DNA of 64,000 nt from a virus, in IMG/VR virus record IMGVR_UViG_3300024983_000146; one strand, 5' to 3'. This document shows, piece by piece, positions 54,348-64,000 of the stretch (the first letter of the stretch is position 1; each line of letters opens with the position of its first letter). A model generated the notes under the pieces. The model saw only the letters and a list, made by a program, of their open reading frames with translations. It made no database searches and had not been told where the DNA came from. The position numbers were made by a program, and so were the translations under genes.

Positions 54348-54671
54348 ATGGCAACAGTTTTTGAATCGTTGAAAAGCTTGTCAGGCTATCCGGTACCACA
54401 GTCAGCTCTTATCAGAATTACTGTGGGCCGGGGCTTGACTCTCTCTGCCGAGGCAACAGCAAGCGTCCTCAGGTCACAATCATACAGACTCGCCGAGGCG
54501 GATCTAATGAAGTGGCTTGCAAAAGCGCCAAACGTATCTCAAGGCGGAGTAAGTTATAGCTTTTCGGAAAGCGAGAGAGAACAGTTCAAGGCTGAGGCCG
54601 AAGCAATTTATGAAGAGAACGGAGAGGGGCAGACCTCTTCACAATACGGATATCAGGGGGAAAACTTATGA
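54348..54671 (+). CDS. Head-tail connector (DUF6706-like)
   Basis: LKSLSGYPVP...AEADLMKWL..APNVSQGGVSYS. Confidence 0.7.
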   Translation: MATVFESLKSLSGYPVPQSALIRITVGRGLTLSAEATASVLRSQSYRLAEADLMKWLAKAPNVSQGGVSYSFSESEREQFKAEAEAIYEENGEGQTSSQYGYQGENL

Positions 54672-54976
54672 TCATCAACGGGAAAATATTGTACCAGGTA
54701 AAAAGCGGAGGCGGAATAGTTAACGGGAACCCCGTTCCTGTTCAGGTAGACTGGCTTCCGATTGAGTGTAACATAAAGACAAATAGCAATACCACAAAGG
54801 GCAAGTATATCGATGGTAACTTCAGAATGGCATCTTACGAGGTGCTTATCGAGCTCACCGATTTTACTGCAAACAGGGTAAGGCTGGTTGATATTATGGG
54901 ACGCGACCTTGGAGAATATCCCGTGCAGTTCATAGAGCACCTGGAAGCCGTTCAGAATACAAAAATAGTTGTTTGA
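54668..54976 (+). CDS. Head closure-like protein
   Basis: Beta-rich 102 aa in the neck position. Confidence 0.6.
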   Translation: MIINGKILYQVKSGGGIVNGNPVPVQVDWLPIECNIKTNSNTTKGKYIDGNFRMASYEVLIELTDFTANRVRLVDIMGRDLGEYPVQFIEHLEAVQNTKIVV

Positions 54977-54977
54977 C

Positions 54978-55421
54978 ATGCCGGCCAGACAGATAACACC
55001 CAGAAGCTACGTAGAGAAGAGTCTTGCAGAGGCGATTGAAAGACGCGTACGGAAGATTGTAACGACTCTTAGCTATGTGGGTGAACAGTGCTTATCTGAG
55101 GCGAGAGAAAACCACGGCTATATAGACAGAACGGGAAACCTGACCTCGTCGATTGGCTATGTGGTATTGAGGGATGGCGTAAGAGTGAGCGGAAGCGACT
55201 TCAGGCAAATCAGTGGCGGGGGAGAAGGATCAGAGAGCGGAAAGAAGTTTTTGGATTCTCTGGCCTCTCAATCGGGAGGGGGAATAACCCTCATCATGGT
55301 GGCCGGGATGAACTACGCTTCGTACGTTGAAACTAACTACAATGTATTGATTTCTTCGGAATTACTTATGGAAAGGTTGGTGCCGGAATTAATGAGAAAG
55401 TTAGGATTTGAAAAGGTATGA
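54978..55421 (+). CDS. Neck/tail completion protein (HK97 gp10-like)
   Basis: YIDRTGNLTSSIGY...AGMNYASYVE. Confidence 0.75.
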   Translation: MPARQITPRSYVEKSLAEAIERRVRKIVTTLSYVGEQCLSEARENHGYIDRTGNLTSSIGYVVLRDGVRVSGSDFRQISGGGEGSESGKKFLDSLASQSGGGITLIMVAGMNYASYVETNYNVLISSELLMERLVPELMRKLGFEKV

Positions 55422-55831
55422 ACAAAACAGGAGCTGAAATAGAAAGCGATTTTTTCAATGTGATCACCGGGAGCGAGCTTGAAGAGTTCGTTAACGGATC
55501 TACATATAAAAGAGGGGTGAGGCCTTTCGGCTCTAACCTTGAAGATATCGTGGTGGGCTTTTCTGCAGGTATTGATGGCCAGAGGCAAACCGGAGCTATT
55601 GACGTGAACATTTATGTTCCGAACATAGATGCCGGCTCTGAAGATGGCAGAAAGGTACCTAACAAGTCAAGAATTGAGGCGGTGGAGAAAAAGGCCCGCA
55701 CATTTTTCGATTCCCTGTTATCTACAGAATACGACTTTCCCAAGGCGGCAACAATTCAGTCTTTTGAGGCGGAGGGCCTTGAGCAGTATTATGTCAGTAT
55801 TAAAATTAAGTACAGAAGAATCACAATTTAA
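55418..55831 (+). CDS. Tail terminator-like protein
   Basis: Position before the tail tube. Confidence 0.6.
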   Translation: MNKTGAEIESDFFNVITGSELEEFVNGSTYKRGVRPFGSNLEDIVVGFSAGIDGQRQTGAIDVNIYVPNIDAGSEDGRKVPNKSRIEAVEKKARTFFDSLLSTEYDFPKAATIQSFEAEGLEQYYVSIKIKYRRITI

Positions 55832-55843
55832 AAAATCAGTATT

Positions 55844-56329
55844 ATGTCAATAGTAATGAGCTGGAGCAAATGCTCCGTTGAGATAGGCGAAACCGGTGCA
55901 GACGATGCAATGGCCGCTGCTCTTTCAAGTGTTGGTACAGTTGAAGACAAAACAGCGGTTTTAGAGGCCACAGATGGCGAGGCGCTCGAGAAAAAGGCCA
56001 CCGGAGGAAGAGTAATTGCGTCTGAGCAGCTGGAAGGTGGCTTTGCGCTTACCGTTAGAGTTGTTGAACCAGACGACGCTTTGTATACTACACTGGGACT
56101 TGGAGCCGTTGCAGCTCCGGACTACGATGTGAAAACTCACGTCGTTCTAGGCGACTGGTCAGTGAAGGTGACTCCAAACAATGTGGGCGCGATTGGTATC
56201 AAGGCTCCTAAAACTAACATCAAGTTCAAACCAGGCTGGTCTGACGCTGATGGTAGCTATGCCGACATCACGTTTACATTTATCAAGACAGCCGCAGACA
56301 AGTGGTACACACGCTTTAAAAAGGCTTAA
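55844..56329 (+). CDS. Tail tube protein
   Basis: 161 aa, SWSKC start, beta-rich; precedes the chaperones. Confidence 0.7.
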   Translation: MSIVMSWSKCSVEIGETGADDAMAAALSSVGTVEDKTAVLEATDGEALEKKATGGRVIASEQLEGGFALTVRVVEPDDALYTTLGLGAVAAPDYDVKTHVVLGDWSVKVTPNNVGAIGIKAPKTNIKFKPGWSDADGSYADITFTFIKTAADKWYTRFKKA

Positions 56330-56339
56330 CAATTAAGCT

Positions 56340-56828
56340 ATGAAAAGTGCTGAGTCCAAGGTGGCGGGTACAATCACGCAAAGGAAGGTGTCATTTAACA
56401 TCGGTGGGACAACTTATGAGGTTGCCCCACCATCCTGCGCGACTTTGATTCTCTTGTCAGAAGAGCTTGCAAATATCCCCGCAGTAGAGCTGAACCATAG
56501 TGAGAAGTACTCCGAGGTGCTAAGATGGGCCAAAAACTTCAGGCCGCTGGCCAGAGCGGTGGCCATACTTGTGCTAGGGGCAGAAAACCTTACCGAGGAG
56601 AGAACATTCGTAGAGAAAAGGGTATTGGGCCTTATCCCAATAAGAAAGTCCGTAAAAATCGATAAAATAGGCGAAATAGGGGATGTCCTGATTAGGCTAA
56701 GCCCTTCAGAGTTAAAAGCGCTCTTTTTAAAAATGCTTGCGGCAATGGAGATTGAGGATTTTTTCGATTTTACCACTTCCCTGCTCGAACTAAATCTTCT
56801 AAAACCGACGAAGGAAGTGGTGAACTAA
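56340..56828 (+). CDS. Tail assembly chaperone (gpG-like)
   Basis: YEVAPPSCATLIL; position between tube and tape measure. Confidence 0.75.
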   Translation: MKSAESKVAGTITQRKVSFNIGGTTYEVAPPSCATLILLSEELANIPAVELNHSEKYSEVLRWAKNFRPLARAVAILVLGAENLTEERTFVEKRVLGLIPIRKSVKIDKIGEIGDVLIRLSPSELKALFLKMLAAMEIEDFFDFTTSLLELNLLKPTKEVVN

Positions 56829-57061
56829 ATGACAGCATCTGGGCCGTTATACTTGGGACGGCAAAGTCGCTGGGTGTTCCTCCGGAACATGTTCTTTATA
56901 AAATGAGCTATGCAAATGTGCAAATGTACAATGCAGCTATACCAAGTTACGATGCAGACAAATCAGGTAAAGAGGGGAGCCCCAAATTTGACTCATCTAA
57001 AGACGCTAACATCCCCGGAAATATCCAATTAAAGCCAGGCGAGGAGATTGAGTATGAATAA
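56756..57061 (+). CDS. -1 frame extension of the tail chaperone (gpGT-like)
   Basis: Slippery T TTT TTC at 56759-56765; the -1 frame opens right after a TGA and encodes NDSIWAVILG...YKMSYANVQMYNAAIPSY. Confidence 0.75.
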   Translation, partial: GFFRFYHFPARTKSSKTDEGSGELNDSIWAVILGTAKSLGVPPEHVLYKMSYANVQMYNAAIPSYDADKSGKEGSPKFDSSKDANIPGNIQLKPGEEIEYE

Positions 57062-60000
57062 CGAGGAAGGAAAGATTTGGTACGGCCTAGGGATTAGGAA
57101 CGATCAGCTGCAGCGGGATGCTCAAAAGTCGTCTAGCATATTCAGAGGAATCGGTGATAACGTACAATCTGAGGGCGCTCGCATTGATAATATTTTCAAA
57201 AACATAGCAAAGGGAGCCGCAACCGCATTTACTATTCAGACGGCAATTCAATTTACCAAGTCTGTGGTTCAGGTGAGAGGCGAAATGGAGGCCTTAGAGA
57301 TCTCTCTGGAGACATTGCTCGGTAGCAAGGCCAAAGCCTCTAAAATGATATCAGAAATTGCTACATACGCGGCAGATACGCCGCTTCTTCTTGGAGATAT
57401 TGCCAAGGGGGCAACAACAATGCTCGCCTTTAATATTGAGGCAGAAAAGATACTTCCAACACTTAAGCAGATAGGCGATATCTCAATGGGTGACGCGCAG
57501 AAATTTGCGTCTCTGACTCTTGCCTTCTCGCAAATGTCTTCAACCGGTAGACTGATGGGGCAGGATCTGCTCCAGATGATTAATGCCGGTTTCAACCCGC
57601 TTACAATTATTGCGGAAAAAACCGGAAAAACGGTTGGGACCCTGAAGAAAGAGATGGAGGCTGGGGCGATATCGTCGGAAATGGTAGCGAGCGCTTTTGC
57701 AGACGCAACTTCTGCCGGTGGTAAGTTCAACGGTATGCTGGAGAAGCAAAGCGCCGGTATCAAGGGAAGTATTTCAAATTTTGAGGGAGCCGTTGATGAG
57801 GCCCTCAATAACATCGGATCGAAAAACCAGGATCTAATCACATCATCAATACAGGGTGCCACTCTGCTGGTTCAGAATTATGAAAAGGTGGGAAGGGCGG
57901 CCCTTGACCTCGCCGTTGCCGTAGGGTCTTACAAGGCAGCTCTTATTGCCGTTAACGCTATTCAACGGGCGAACATAATGATTTTAAGGCAGGCTGTTAT
58001 GGAGAAATGGCTTGCAGCAGCTGCAGGAATTAACCTATCAAATGCAGAGGCAATAGCAGCAGCGAGAACTAAACTGTTCACGATTGCTCAAAAGGGGCTG
58101 GCGGCATCACTTAAGGCCACAGCATCGGCCATGTTGGCCAACCCTTACGTTTTGGCAGCCGCTGCAATTGCGGCAGTTGCATTTGTAACCTATAAGGCTA
58201 TCACTGCCGATACCGAATATGAAAAGGCAATAAAAAAGGTTAACAAAGCCCTCGAGGATACGCAAAAAGCTAAGGATGACGCAGGGAATAATGTTGACCA
58301 ATACCTAAATACCATAAGGGGCGAAACGAGCTCAATTCTTGAGCAGGTTAGGGCGTATGATGCCTTGATAAAGAGATATACCTTTTTCGCTAATTACAGC
58401 TTTGAGGACCTGAAAAAGCTATCTCCATCCCAGCTCGCTGGCGTTCTGTCTCAATTCTCCACCGAGATGGAGAAGGGAATGATTCAGTCGCTGATTAAGC
58501 AGGCTGAGGCCGATATTGAAAGCGAGGTTTCCGTGTATAGGACCAGGGCAAAACGAGAGGGGTATACCTTCGATGAGTCTTCAGTTTCAAGTGTAAAAGT
58601 GCTTCGCCAGCAGATCTCGATGTACAAAAAGCAGCTGGAGGAGATTGATAAAGCCGAGCACCTTGCAAAGGTAAAGGCGCTGCCTATTGATGCCCAAAGG
58701 GAGTACTACCAGAATGAGCTAAATAGTATCAAAAAGGTTAAAGACTCAATTGAAGCAATACACCCGGATAGCAGAAGCATCCTACAGGTTGAGCAGCTAG
58801 ATCAGGCAAACGCTCAGCTAAGAGAAACCGAGTCAATTTTGGCCGGTATGAGCACCAAGGGCGGATCATCCCTTGGGCAGCTCGTCTCAGATATAGCTAA
58901 AGCGGAAAAGGAACTTGCTGAGCTAAGGAAAAAAGCCGCTGCGGGAGAGATCTCCACCGCTGCAGTTGAGGAAAAAGTAACAGCAATTGAAGCGCTCAAA
59001 AAGCAGTACGAGACTATGACCGGTAAGTCGTACGGCAAAGACGATAAGGCGGCCCTTGAAGAGCAAAAAAGAGCTTTGGAAGAACTTGCAAAGCAGCAGA
59101 CGGAGTTCCGGCTTAAGTCAGACCTTGAGCTTCAGGGCAGAGTGCTGGCCCTTCAGGCAGATACTTTTGAGAAACAGCGCCAGCAGGCAGATAACGAGTT
59201 CAAGCTAGAAAAGGCCGACATTGAAAGGCGCAGGCAGGAGGCATACGAGCTTCTGGCCAAGTCCAAAGGGGTTGAGGTTGCCAAGCTTACAGACGCTGAT
59301 AAGGCGGGAGTGAATGAGCAATACGACAAGGAGATTGAAAACGCTCAGACAGTCAAAAATGCAACTATAGTTAAGATTAATTCGGAGGCTTCAAAGACGC
59401 TTAGGGAGCTATGGTCTGATGCCACAGACGCTAATATTTCAGACGGTATTCGTGAGATAAAGGCCATTAACGATAAGTACGACGAGATCATCAAAAAGGC
59501 TAAAGATGCCGGGGCTACGCTTAAGGAAATTGACGATATCAATGCGGAGAGAAATAAGTCTTTGCATTCGGCCTACACCAGGCAGGAGCTTGATAAAATT
59601 GCGATTTGGCAGGAGACAGAAGCCTTGCTGGCCGAAGGGTCAACCGCATTCCTCGACAAGCAAACCGAGGTGAGAAGGAAATTAGCCAAAATAGATATCG
59701 AGGCTTCCAAAAAAAGGGTTGAGGCTCTTAAAAAGGAGCAGCAGGAGACTGGCAAAAATAACCAGGCACTAATCGACAGGGAGGAGGCTTTTCAGGAGAA
59801 TACTAATAAAAATCTGGAGAACCTTAAGGATAACTACTTTGTAATAGGCGAGCTGCTCGGCGATACGCTCTCACAGTCTTCAGACGAGTTCGTTGCTAAG
59901 CTTGGCGGATTGCTGAGCTCCATCTCATCATCCATAGGACAAATTAAAAGCTCCGACAGCGCATTTGGCAAGGCAAGCGGTATTGTTGGCCTGGCTATGG

Positions 60001-61376
60001 CGGCGGGAAACTACCTGAAGGGAATCAGAATCGACAGAGAAAATGAAACTCTCAACAAGCAGAAGAAGATTACTGACGAAATCGCAGACAGGGTAAAGCT
60101 TGAAAATGAAATAAACAAGCTCTACGACGAGAGAAGAAACGCCTTAAGCGAAAACCTCTTTTTGGGTAAGGACTACGGAAAGATAATGTCGAATGCAATG
60201 AGCGACATTCTTAAGTACAACGAAAAGCTTGGGGTTACCCTCGGAGACCTATACTCAAACGCTATTTTTTCTGCAGATGGCGAGGCCAAGAGATTGCTTT
60301 TCGGAACGAAAAAGGGCGAGTACTCATTTTCGCTGCAGGATCTGCTCGCGGGTATGGTTCCTAAGGAGGAGGGCGCAAAAGGGCTTGGTGAGGCTATTGC
60401 CAACACTCTCAACCATGGTCTCAATGAGGCCAGAAAGCGAATTAAGGGTGGCGACTTCTTAGGAGCGGTCGGAAGTATACTAGATCCTCTCCAGCTGTTT
60501 GGAGGAGGTAAGGCAGATAGCAAAGCGAGAACAAACGCTTTCGAGAATCTGGGTAAAGCCGTGGAGGAAACATTGAAGGCAATGAGTAAGACTACCTCCG
60601 ACTTTGCGACGATGTCAACTCAGGATATGCTCGACTTTTTCACTTTGATGGAGAAGGCCGGCAATATCACAGACGAAGCCACTAAGAAGCTACTTGCCGC
60701 AGCTCAGGAGCAGCTGGAAATGGTCAAGAAGGCCGAGGAGCAGATGAAGGAGGTTATCTCCGAACTTACCGGGGGCCTTGGAGACGCCATCAGGGATATC
60801 CTGGTTGAGGGCTTTAGAGGTGGATTCGGATACGGGGTGAACGAGGCCAAGAAGGTTGCCTCAGAAATCTCCGGAATATTGGAAAACATGATTTCAAGAG
60901 AGCTAATGAATATCGCCTTCTCGGGGATGTTTAACACTCTTAAGGAAAATATGCAGGCCTCTTTCGGCGCTGACGGGGATAAGTCGTGGGCCGATGATTT
61001 CGCTCAGTTTATGGAGTCATTTCCTGCAGCTGCGGAGCTCTTTAATAAGGGCATGGCTGAAGCAAAGAAGTCAGGAGAAAAATACGGAATAGATCTGTTC
61101 GGTGAGGGCTCCCGCTCTGCGGCGAGTAAAGGAATTGCCTCTGCCTCTCAGGGCAGCATTGATGAGCTTAACGGGCGTGCAACAACAATCCAGGGACATA
61201 CTTTTTCAATAAGTAGCGATATGAAGAAGCTTGTAACCTTCATGTCGAAGATGCTGGAGCATGTTGCCGGTATCAAGCAAGACACAAGCAGGCTTGAGAA
61301 AATTGAGAAAGATATCAGCTCCGTGAAAAATGGTATTGAGAGTATAAACACCAAGGGCATAACAATTAAAATGTAA
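57054..61376 (+). CDS. Tail tape measure protein (prophage 2)
   Basis: ~1440 aa; tape-measure N-terminal domain (GQDLLQMINAGFNPL) and long coiled coils. Confidence 0.92.
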   Translation: MNNEEGKIWYGLGIRNDQLQRDAQKSSSIFRGIGDNVQSEGARIDNIFKNIAKGAATAFTIQTAIQFTKSVVQVRGEMEALEISLETLLGSKAKASKMISEIATYAADTPLLLGDIAKGATTMLAFNIEAEKILPTLKQIGDISMGDAQKFASLTLAFSQMSSTGRLMGQDLLQMINAGFNPLTIIAEKTGKTVGTLKKEMEAGAISSEMVASAFADATSAGGKFNGMLEKQSAGIKGSISNFEGAVDEALNNIGSKNQDLITSSIQGATLLVQNYEKVGRAALDLAVAVGSYKAALIAVNAIQRANIMILRQAVMEKWLAAAAGINLSNAEAIAAARTKLFTIAQKGLAASLKATASAMLANPYVLAAAAIAAVAFVTYKAITADTEYEKAIKKVNKALEDTQKAKDDAGNNVDQYLNTIRGETSSILEQVRAYDALIKRYTFFANYSFEDLKKLSPSQLAGVLSQFSTEMEKGMIQSLIKQAEADIESEVSVYRTRAKREGYTFDESSVSSVKVLRQQISMYKKQLEEIDKAEHLAKVKALPIDAQREYYQNELNSIKKVKDSIEAIHPDSRSILQVEQLDQANAQLRETESILAGMSTKGGSSLGQLVSDIAKAEKELAELRKKAAAGEISTAAVEEKVTAIEALKKQYETMTGKSYGKDDKAALEEQKRALEELAKQQTEFRLKSDLELQGRVLALQADTFEKQRQQADNEFKLEKADIERRRQEAYELLAKSKGVEVAKLTDADKAGVNEQYDKEIENAQTVKNATIVKINSEASKTLRELWSDATDANISDGIREIKAINDKYDEIIKKAKDAGATLKEIDDINAERNKSLHSAYTRQELDKIAIWQETEALLAEGSTAFLDKQTEVRRKLAKIDIEASKKRVEALKKEQQETGKNNQALIDREEAFQENTNKNLENLKDNYFVIGELLGDTLSQSSDEFVAKLGGLLSSISSSIGQIKSSDSAFGKASGIVGLAMAAGNYLKGIRIDRENETLNKQKKITDEIADRVKLENEINKLYDERRNALSENLFLGKDYGKIMSNAMSDILKYNEKLGVTLGDLYSNAIFSADGEAKRLLFGTKKGEYSFSLQDLLAGMVPKEEGAKGLGEAIANTLNHGLNEARKRIKGGDFLGAVGSILDPLQLFGGGKADSKARTNAFENLGKAVEETLKAMSKTTSDFATMSTQDMLDFFTLMEKAGNITDEATKKLLAAAQEQLEMVKKAEEQMKEVISELTGGLGDAIRDILVEGFRGGFGYGVNEAKKVASEISGILENMISRELMNIAFSGMFNTLKENMQASFGADGDKSWADDFAQFMESFPAAAELFNKGMAEAKKSGEKYGIDLFGEGSRSAASKGIASASQGSIDELNGRATTIQGHTFSISSDMKKLVTFMSKMLEHVAGIKQDTSRLEKIEKDISSVKNGIESINTKGITIKM

Positions 61377-62212
61377 TGACTGGATTGCTAAAAATTGATG
61401 GCGCTGACGCTTACACAACATATGGCGTATTTCCCACCGGAGATAGCTATGCTCAGGTGCTTGAGTGGCCCTCGCTTAAGGAGCTCCTTATCTCCGACTG
61501 GCCAGACCAAAACGGCATAGATGTAGACTTATCCGCTCCGGTGCTTGACTCTCGCAGCTTAACCCTTTCGTTCTTCACCGGAGGCCAGCTGGCCAATATT
61601 GGGGGACTGATGTCCGCTCTTATGAACGGATCGTACCACACGCTCGAGTTTCCACAGCTTGGAGTAGAGCATTCACTACGACTAATATCGCAGCCATCAT
61701 ACCGCAGCTATTCAAACGCTACTAAGCACTTTGCCCTACAGCTTGCAGACGATTTTCCTCTAGCCGGATATAACTATCTGGCCCCCAATCCGACAGGCAT
61801 TTCCGCAACAGGGTTTAAGATTGATAACGTCGACCTGGCCAATTATGGCATGGTCGTCACTGAAGGAGCGGAGAGCGAAATATTAAAAAGCCCGGGAATA
61901 AAGCAGAACTTGCTCGTGAGCATTAAGAATAAGGCCGGAGTAAGCTATGACGGAGAAAACGTATTTGTCAAATCGAAGGAAGTTGAAATAGGCCTTTTAT
62001 TCAGAGGGTCAATGAGCGACTTCATCCGTAATAGCAGAGCTCTGCTGTATAACCTGGTAAAGCCGGGGCAGAGGTCATTTTATGCAGGCGTAACAGGCGA
62101 ATCATACGGCTGCTACTATAACGGGCAGAGGGTTGAAAGGTTCCTGATATTGAATAATAGGATATGGTGCGAGTTTTCTGTAAGCCTCGTATTCACAAAT
62201 AAAACTGTTTAG
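61376..62212 (+). CDS. Distal tail (Dit-like) protein, two repeated domains
   Basis: IDGADAYTTYG and IDNVDLANYG halves. Confidence 0.7.
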   Translation: MTGLLKIDGADAYTTYGVFPTGDSYAQVLEWPSLKELLISDWPDQNGIDVDLSAPVLDSRSLTLSFFTGGQLANIGGLMSALMNGSYHTLEFPQLGVEHSLRLISQPSYRSYSNATKHFALQLADDFPLAGYNYLAPNPTGISATGFKIDNVDLANYGMVVTEGAESEILKSPGIKQNLLVSIKNKAGVSYDGENVFVKSKEVEIGLLFRGSMSDFIRNSRALLYNLVKPGQRSFYAGVTGESYGCYYNGQRVERFLILNNRIWCEFSVSLVFTNKTV

Positions 62213-62214
62213 CT

Positions 62215-64000
62215 ATGATTATTTACAATAAGCTGGGAGTGCAAGTTGCGGATGTTGATGTGAGTGATGATAGCTATCGCCACAAGGCCATCATGGGAGA
62301 AAATAGCCTTACTCTATACTTTTCCCTCCCTGAGTATGCGGAGATACCTGTAGGATCATATTGCGAGTTCAAGGGCGAGCGGTACACACTTATCCTGCCC
62401 GAAAACTTAAAGAGGCATGGAAAACGTAATTTAGAATACACTCTGGTTCTTGAGTCGGAGCAGTATCTTTTAACAAAATACAAGGTTCGGAACCTGTCGG
62501 ATAAGAGGCTGAAATTTCCTTTTACCGCCAAGCCGATTGAGCATTTGCAGCTTATCGTGGACATTCTTAATCTCAAAAGTGGCGGGTGGAGTATTGGAGA
62601 ATGTATTGATGCCGTTGAAAAGGAGATCGTGTATAGCCACACTTACTTAAGCGAGGCGCTTAAACTTCAGGCGGAAACTTTTGAAACGGAATACGAGATA
62701 GTGGGCAAATCTATCTCCCTCAAAAAGGTAGAATATAATAAGGAGGCACCGCTTGAGTTGAGCTATGGCCATGGTAACGGATTTGAGCCAGGCTGCGGCC
62801 GCTCTAACTACGAAAATACTGTTCCGGTAGAGGTGCTGTTCGTTCAGGGAGGAGATAAAAACATTGACTTCTCAAAGTACGGATCGAAGCAGCTGCTGCT
62901 GCCGAAGTCTCAGTCTCTCGCTTATGAGGGGAGGAACTATGTAACCGATGCCGACGGGCTATTCGTTACAAGAGGTGACAAGGCACAGTCAACCGGCCAG
63001 GAGGACTCTCTCGACTGTTCACATATTTTCCCGTCTCGAGTTGGTACAGTTACTTCGGTGGACGTTGTGAGCGAGGAGGGCAACCTCTACGATATTCTTG
63101 ACAACACCATCCCTGCTGCGCTTGACTATTCGCTCTGCAGAATCGCAGGGGAAAAGGCAACCATAAGATTTGAATCTGGCATGTTGGCAGGCAAGGAGTT
63201 TGATTTAGTGCAATCAGAAAACGCATTCTCCGGCTATGTACATGCAGATAGACGCTTAAAAATAGTCCCTCAGGAAATAGATGGGCAAATTATGCCTAAC
63301 GATACTTTCTCGCCCTCTGTGGGAGATAAGTATGCAATATTCGGCATTCAGCTTCCAGACGCATATTTCAGAGACGACGCAACCAAAACGGGAGCCTCAT
63401 GGGATATGTTCAGGGAAGGGGCTAAGTACCTTTTTGAGCACGAGGACCCGCGCTTTTCGTTCACCGGCCAGCTCAATGGTATTTGGTCAAAAACAAATTG
63501 GTTGGCTGTAGGTGGTAAAATAAAGCTGGGAGGCTATGTAGCGTTCACAGACGTGGACTTTCAGACCGTTTCGGCGCTTGTTAGGATTATTGATATCAAC
63601 GAGTATGTAAACTCTCCGTATGAGCCTAAAATCGAGCTTTCAAATGTCGCAGTGGGAGGGAGCACACTTTCAAGCGAGCTGAAAAAGCTTTCTTCGGAGG
63701 AGGTAATTACTGAAGGTAGATTCCGGGAGTCCCTGCAATTCACAAAACGTCGTTTCCGGGATGCTCAGGAGACAATGACTTTGCTTTCTCAGTCGCTGCT
63801 TAATTTCTCCGGATCTGTCAGCCCCATCACCGTGCAGACGATGGCGCTCCTGGTAGGCGACGAAAGCCTGCAGTTCCGCTTTGTGAATAGTAAAGTGGTG
63901 CCGGTGGCTGCGAACCATGCTATAGCGTTCAGCAACGCAACAAAGGTGCTTTCCGCTGCAGCAGGGATACTGCAGCATATGACTGTGGGTATCAAAACGA
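62215..64000 (+). CDS. Tail tip/hub protein (3'-truncated by window; absent from ORF track)
   Basis: ATG at 62215: MIIYNKLGVQVADVDVSDDSYRHKAIMGENSLTLYFSL...; N-terminal part read as open, and the track omits it presumably because no stop falls in the window. Confidence 0.75.
   Translation, partial: MIIYNKLGVQVADVDVSDDSYRHKAIMGENSLTLYFSLPEYAEIPVGSYCEFKGERYTLILPENLKRHGKRNLEYTLVLESEQYLLTKYKVRNLSDKRLKFPFTAKPIEHLQLIVDILNLKSGGWSIGECIDAVEKEIVYSHTYLSEALKLQAETFETEYEIVGKSISLKKVEYNKEAPLELSYGHGNGFEPGCGRSNYENTVPVEVLFVQGGDKNIDFSKYGSKQLLLPKSQSLAYEGRNYVTDADGLFVTRGDKAQSTGQEDSLDCSHIFPSRVGTVTSVDVVSEEGNLYDILDNTIPAALDYSLCRIAGEKATIRFESGMLAGKEFDLVQSENAFSGYVHADRRLKIVPQEIDGQIMPNDTFSPSVGDKYAIFGIQLPDAYFRDDATKTGASWDMFREGAKYLFEHEDPRFSFTGQLNGIWSKTNWLAVGGKIKLGGYVAFTDVDFQTVSALVRIIDINEYVNSPYEPKIELSNVAVGGSTLSSELKKLSSEEVITEGRFRESLQFTKRRFRDAQETMTLLSQSLLNFSGSVSPITVQTMALLVGDESLQFRFVNSKVVPVAANHAIAFSNATKVLSAAAGILQHMTVGIKT

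Larger units (their letters stand above)
23861..64000. mobile_element. Prophage 2 (extends beyond right edge)
   Basis: Repressor/cro switch, replication, packaging, head and tail modules in lambdoid order. Confidence 0.9.

Overview
The window holds two different Bacteroidota (Bacteroidales-type) siphovirus-like prophages in tandem, joined at a 47-bp 3'-half of tRNA-Arg(UCU) (23861-23907) that looks like an att core. Prophage 1 (1-23907, visibly more AT-rich) contributes its late half: ParB-methyltransferase, terminase, portal, tape measure, tail fibre, lysis genes and a small accessory operon. Prophage 2 (from 23861 to beyond the right edge) contributes a leftward repressor operon with HEPN, TerB-N and TPR cargo, a cI/cro switch, recombination and replication genes, a long accessory block, and packaging, head and tail genes. 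No integrase, CRISPR array, reverse transcriptase or intact RNA gene was seen. The most interesting signals are: a membrane-protein gene flanked by perfect 13-bp inverted repeats that keep its ORF intact in either orientation; a DnaA-domain-IV-like protein with DnaA-box-like motifs at both late promoters; a phage protein resembling the Bacteroidota RpoB insertion; a T10 slippage tract and an exact 69-bp in-frame repeat in the tail fibre; a prophage-1 late promoter motif; two candidate structured RNAs; and a -1 frameshift in the tail chaperone. Family calls come from motif recognition and memory, not from database searches.
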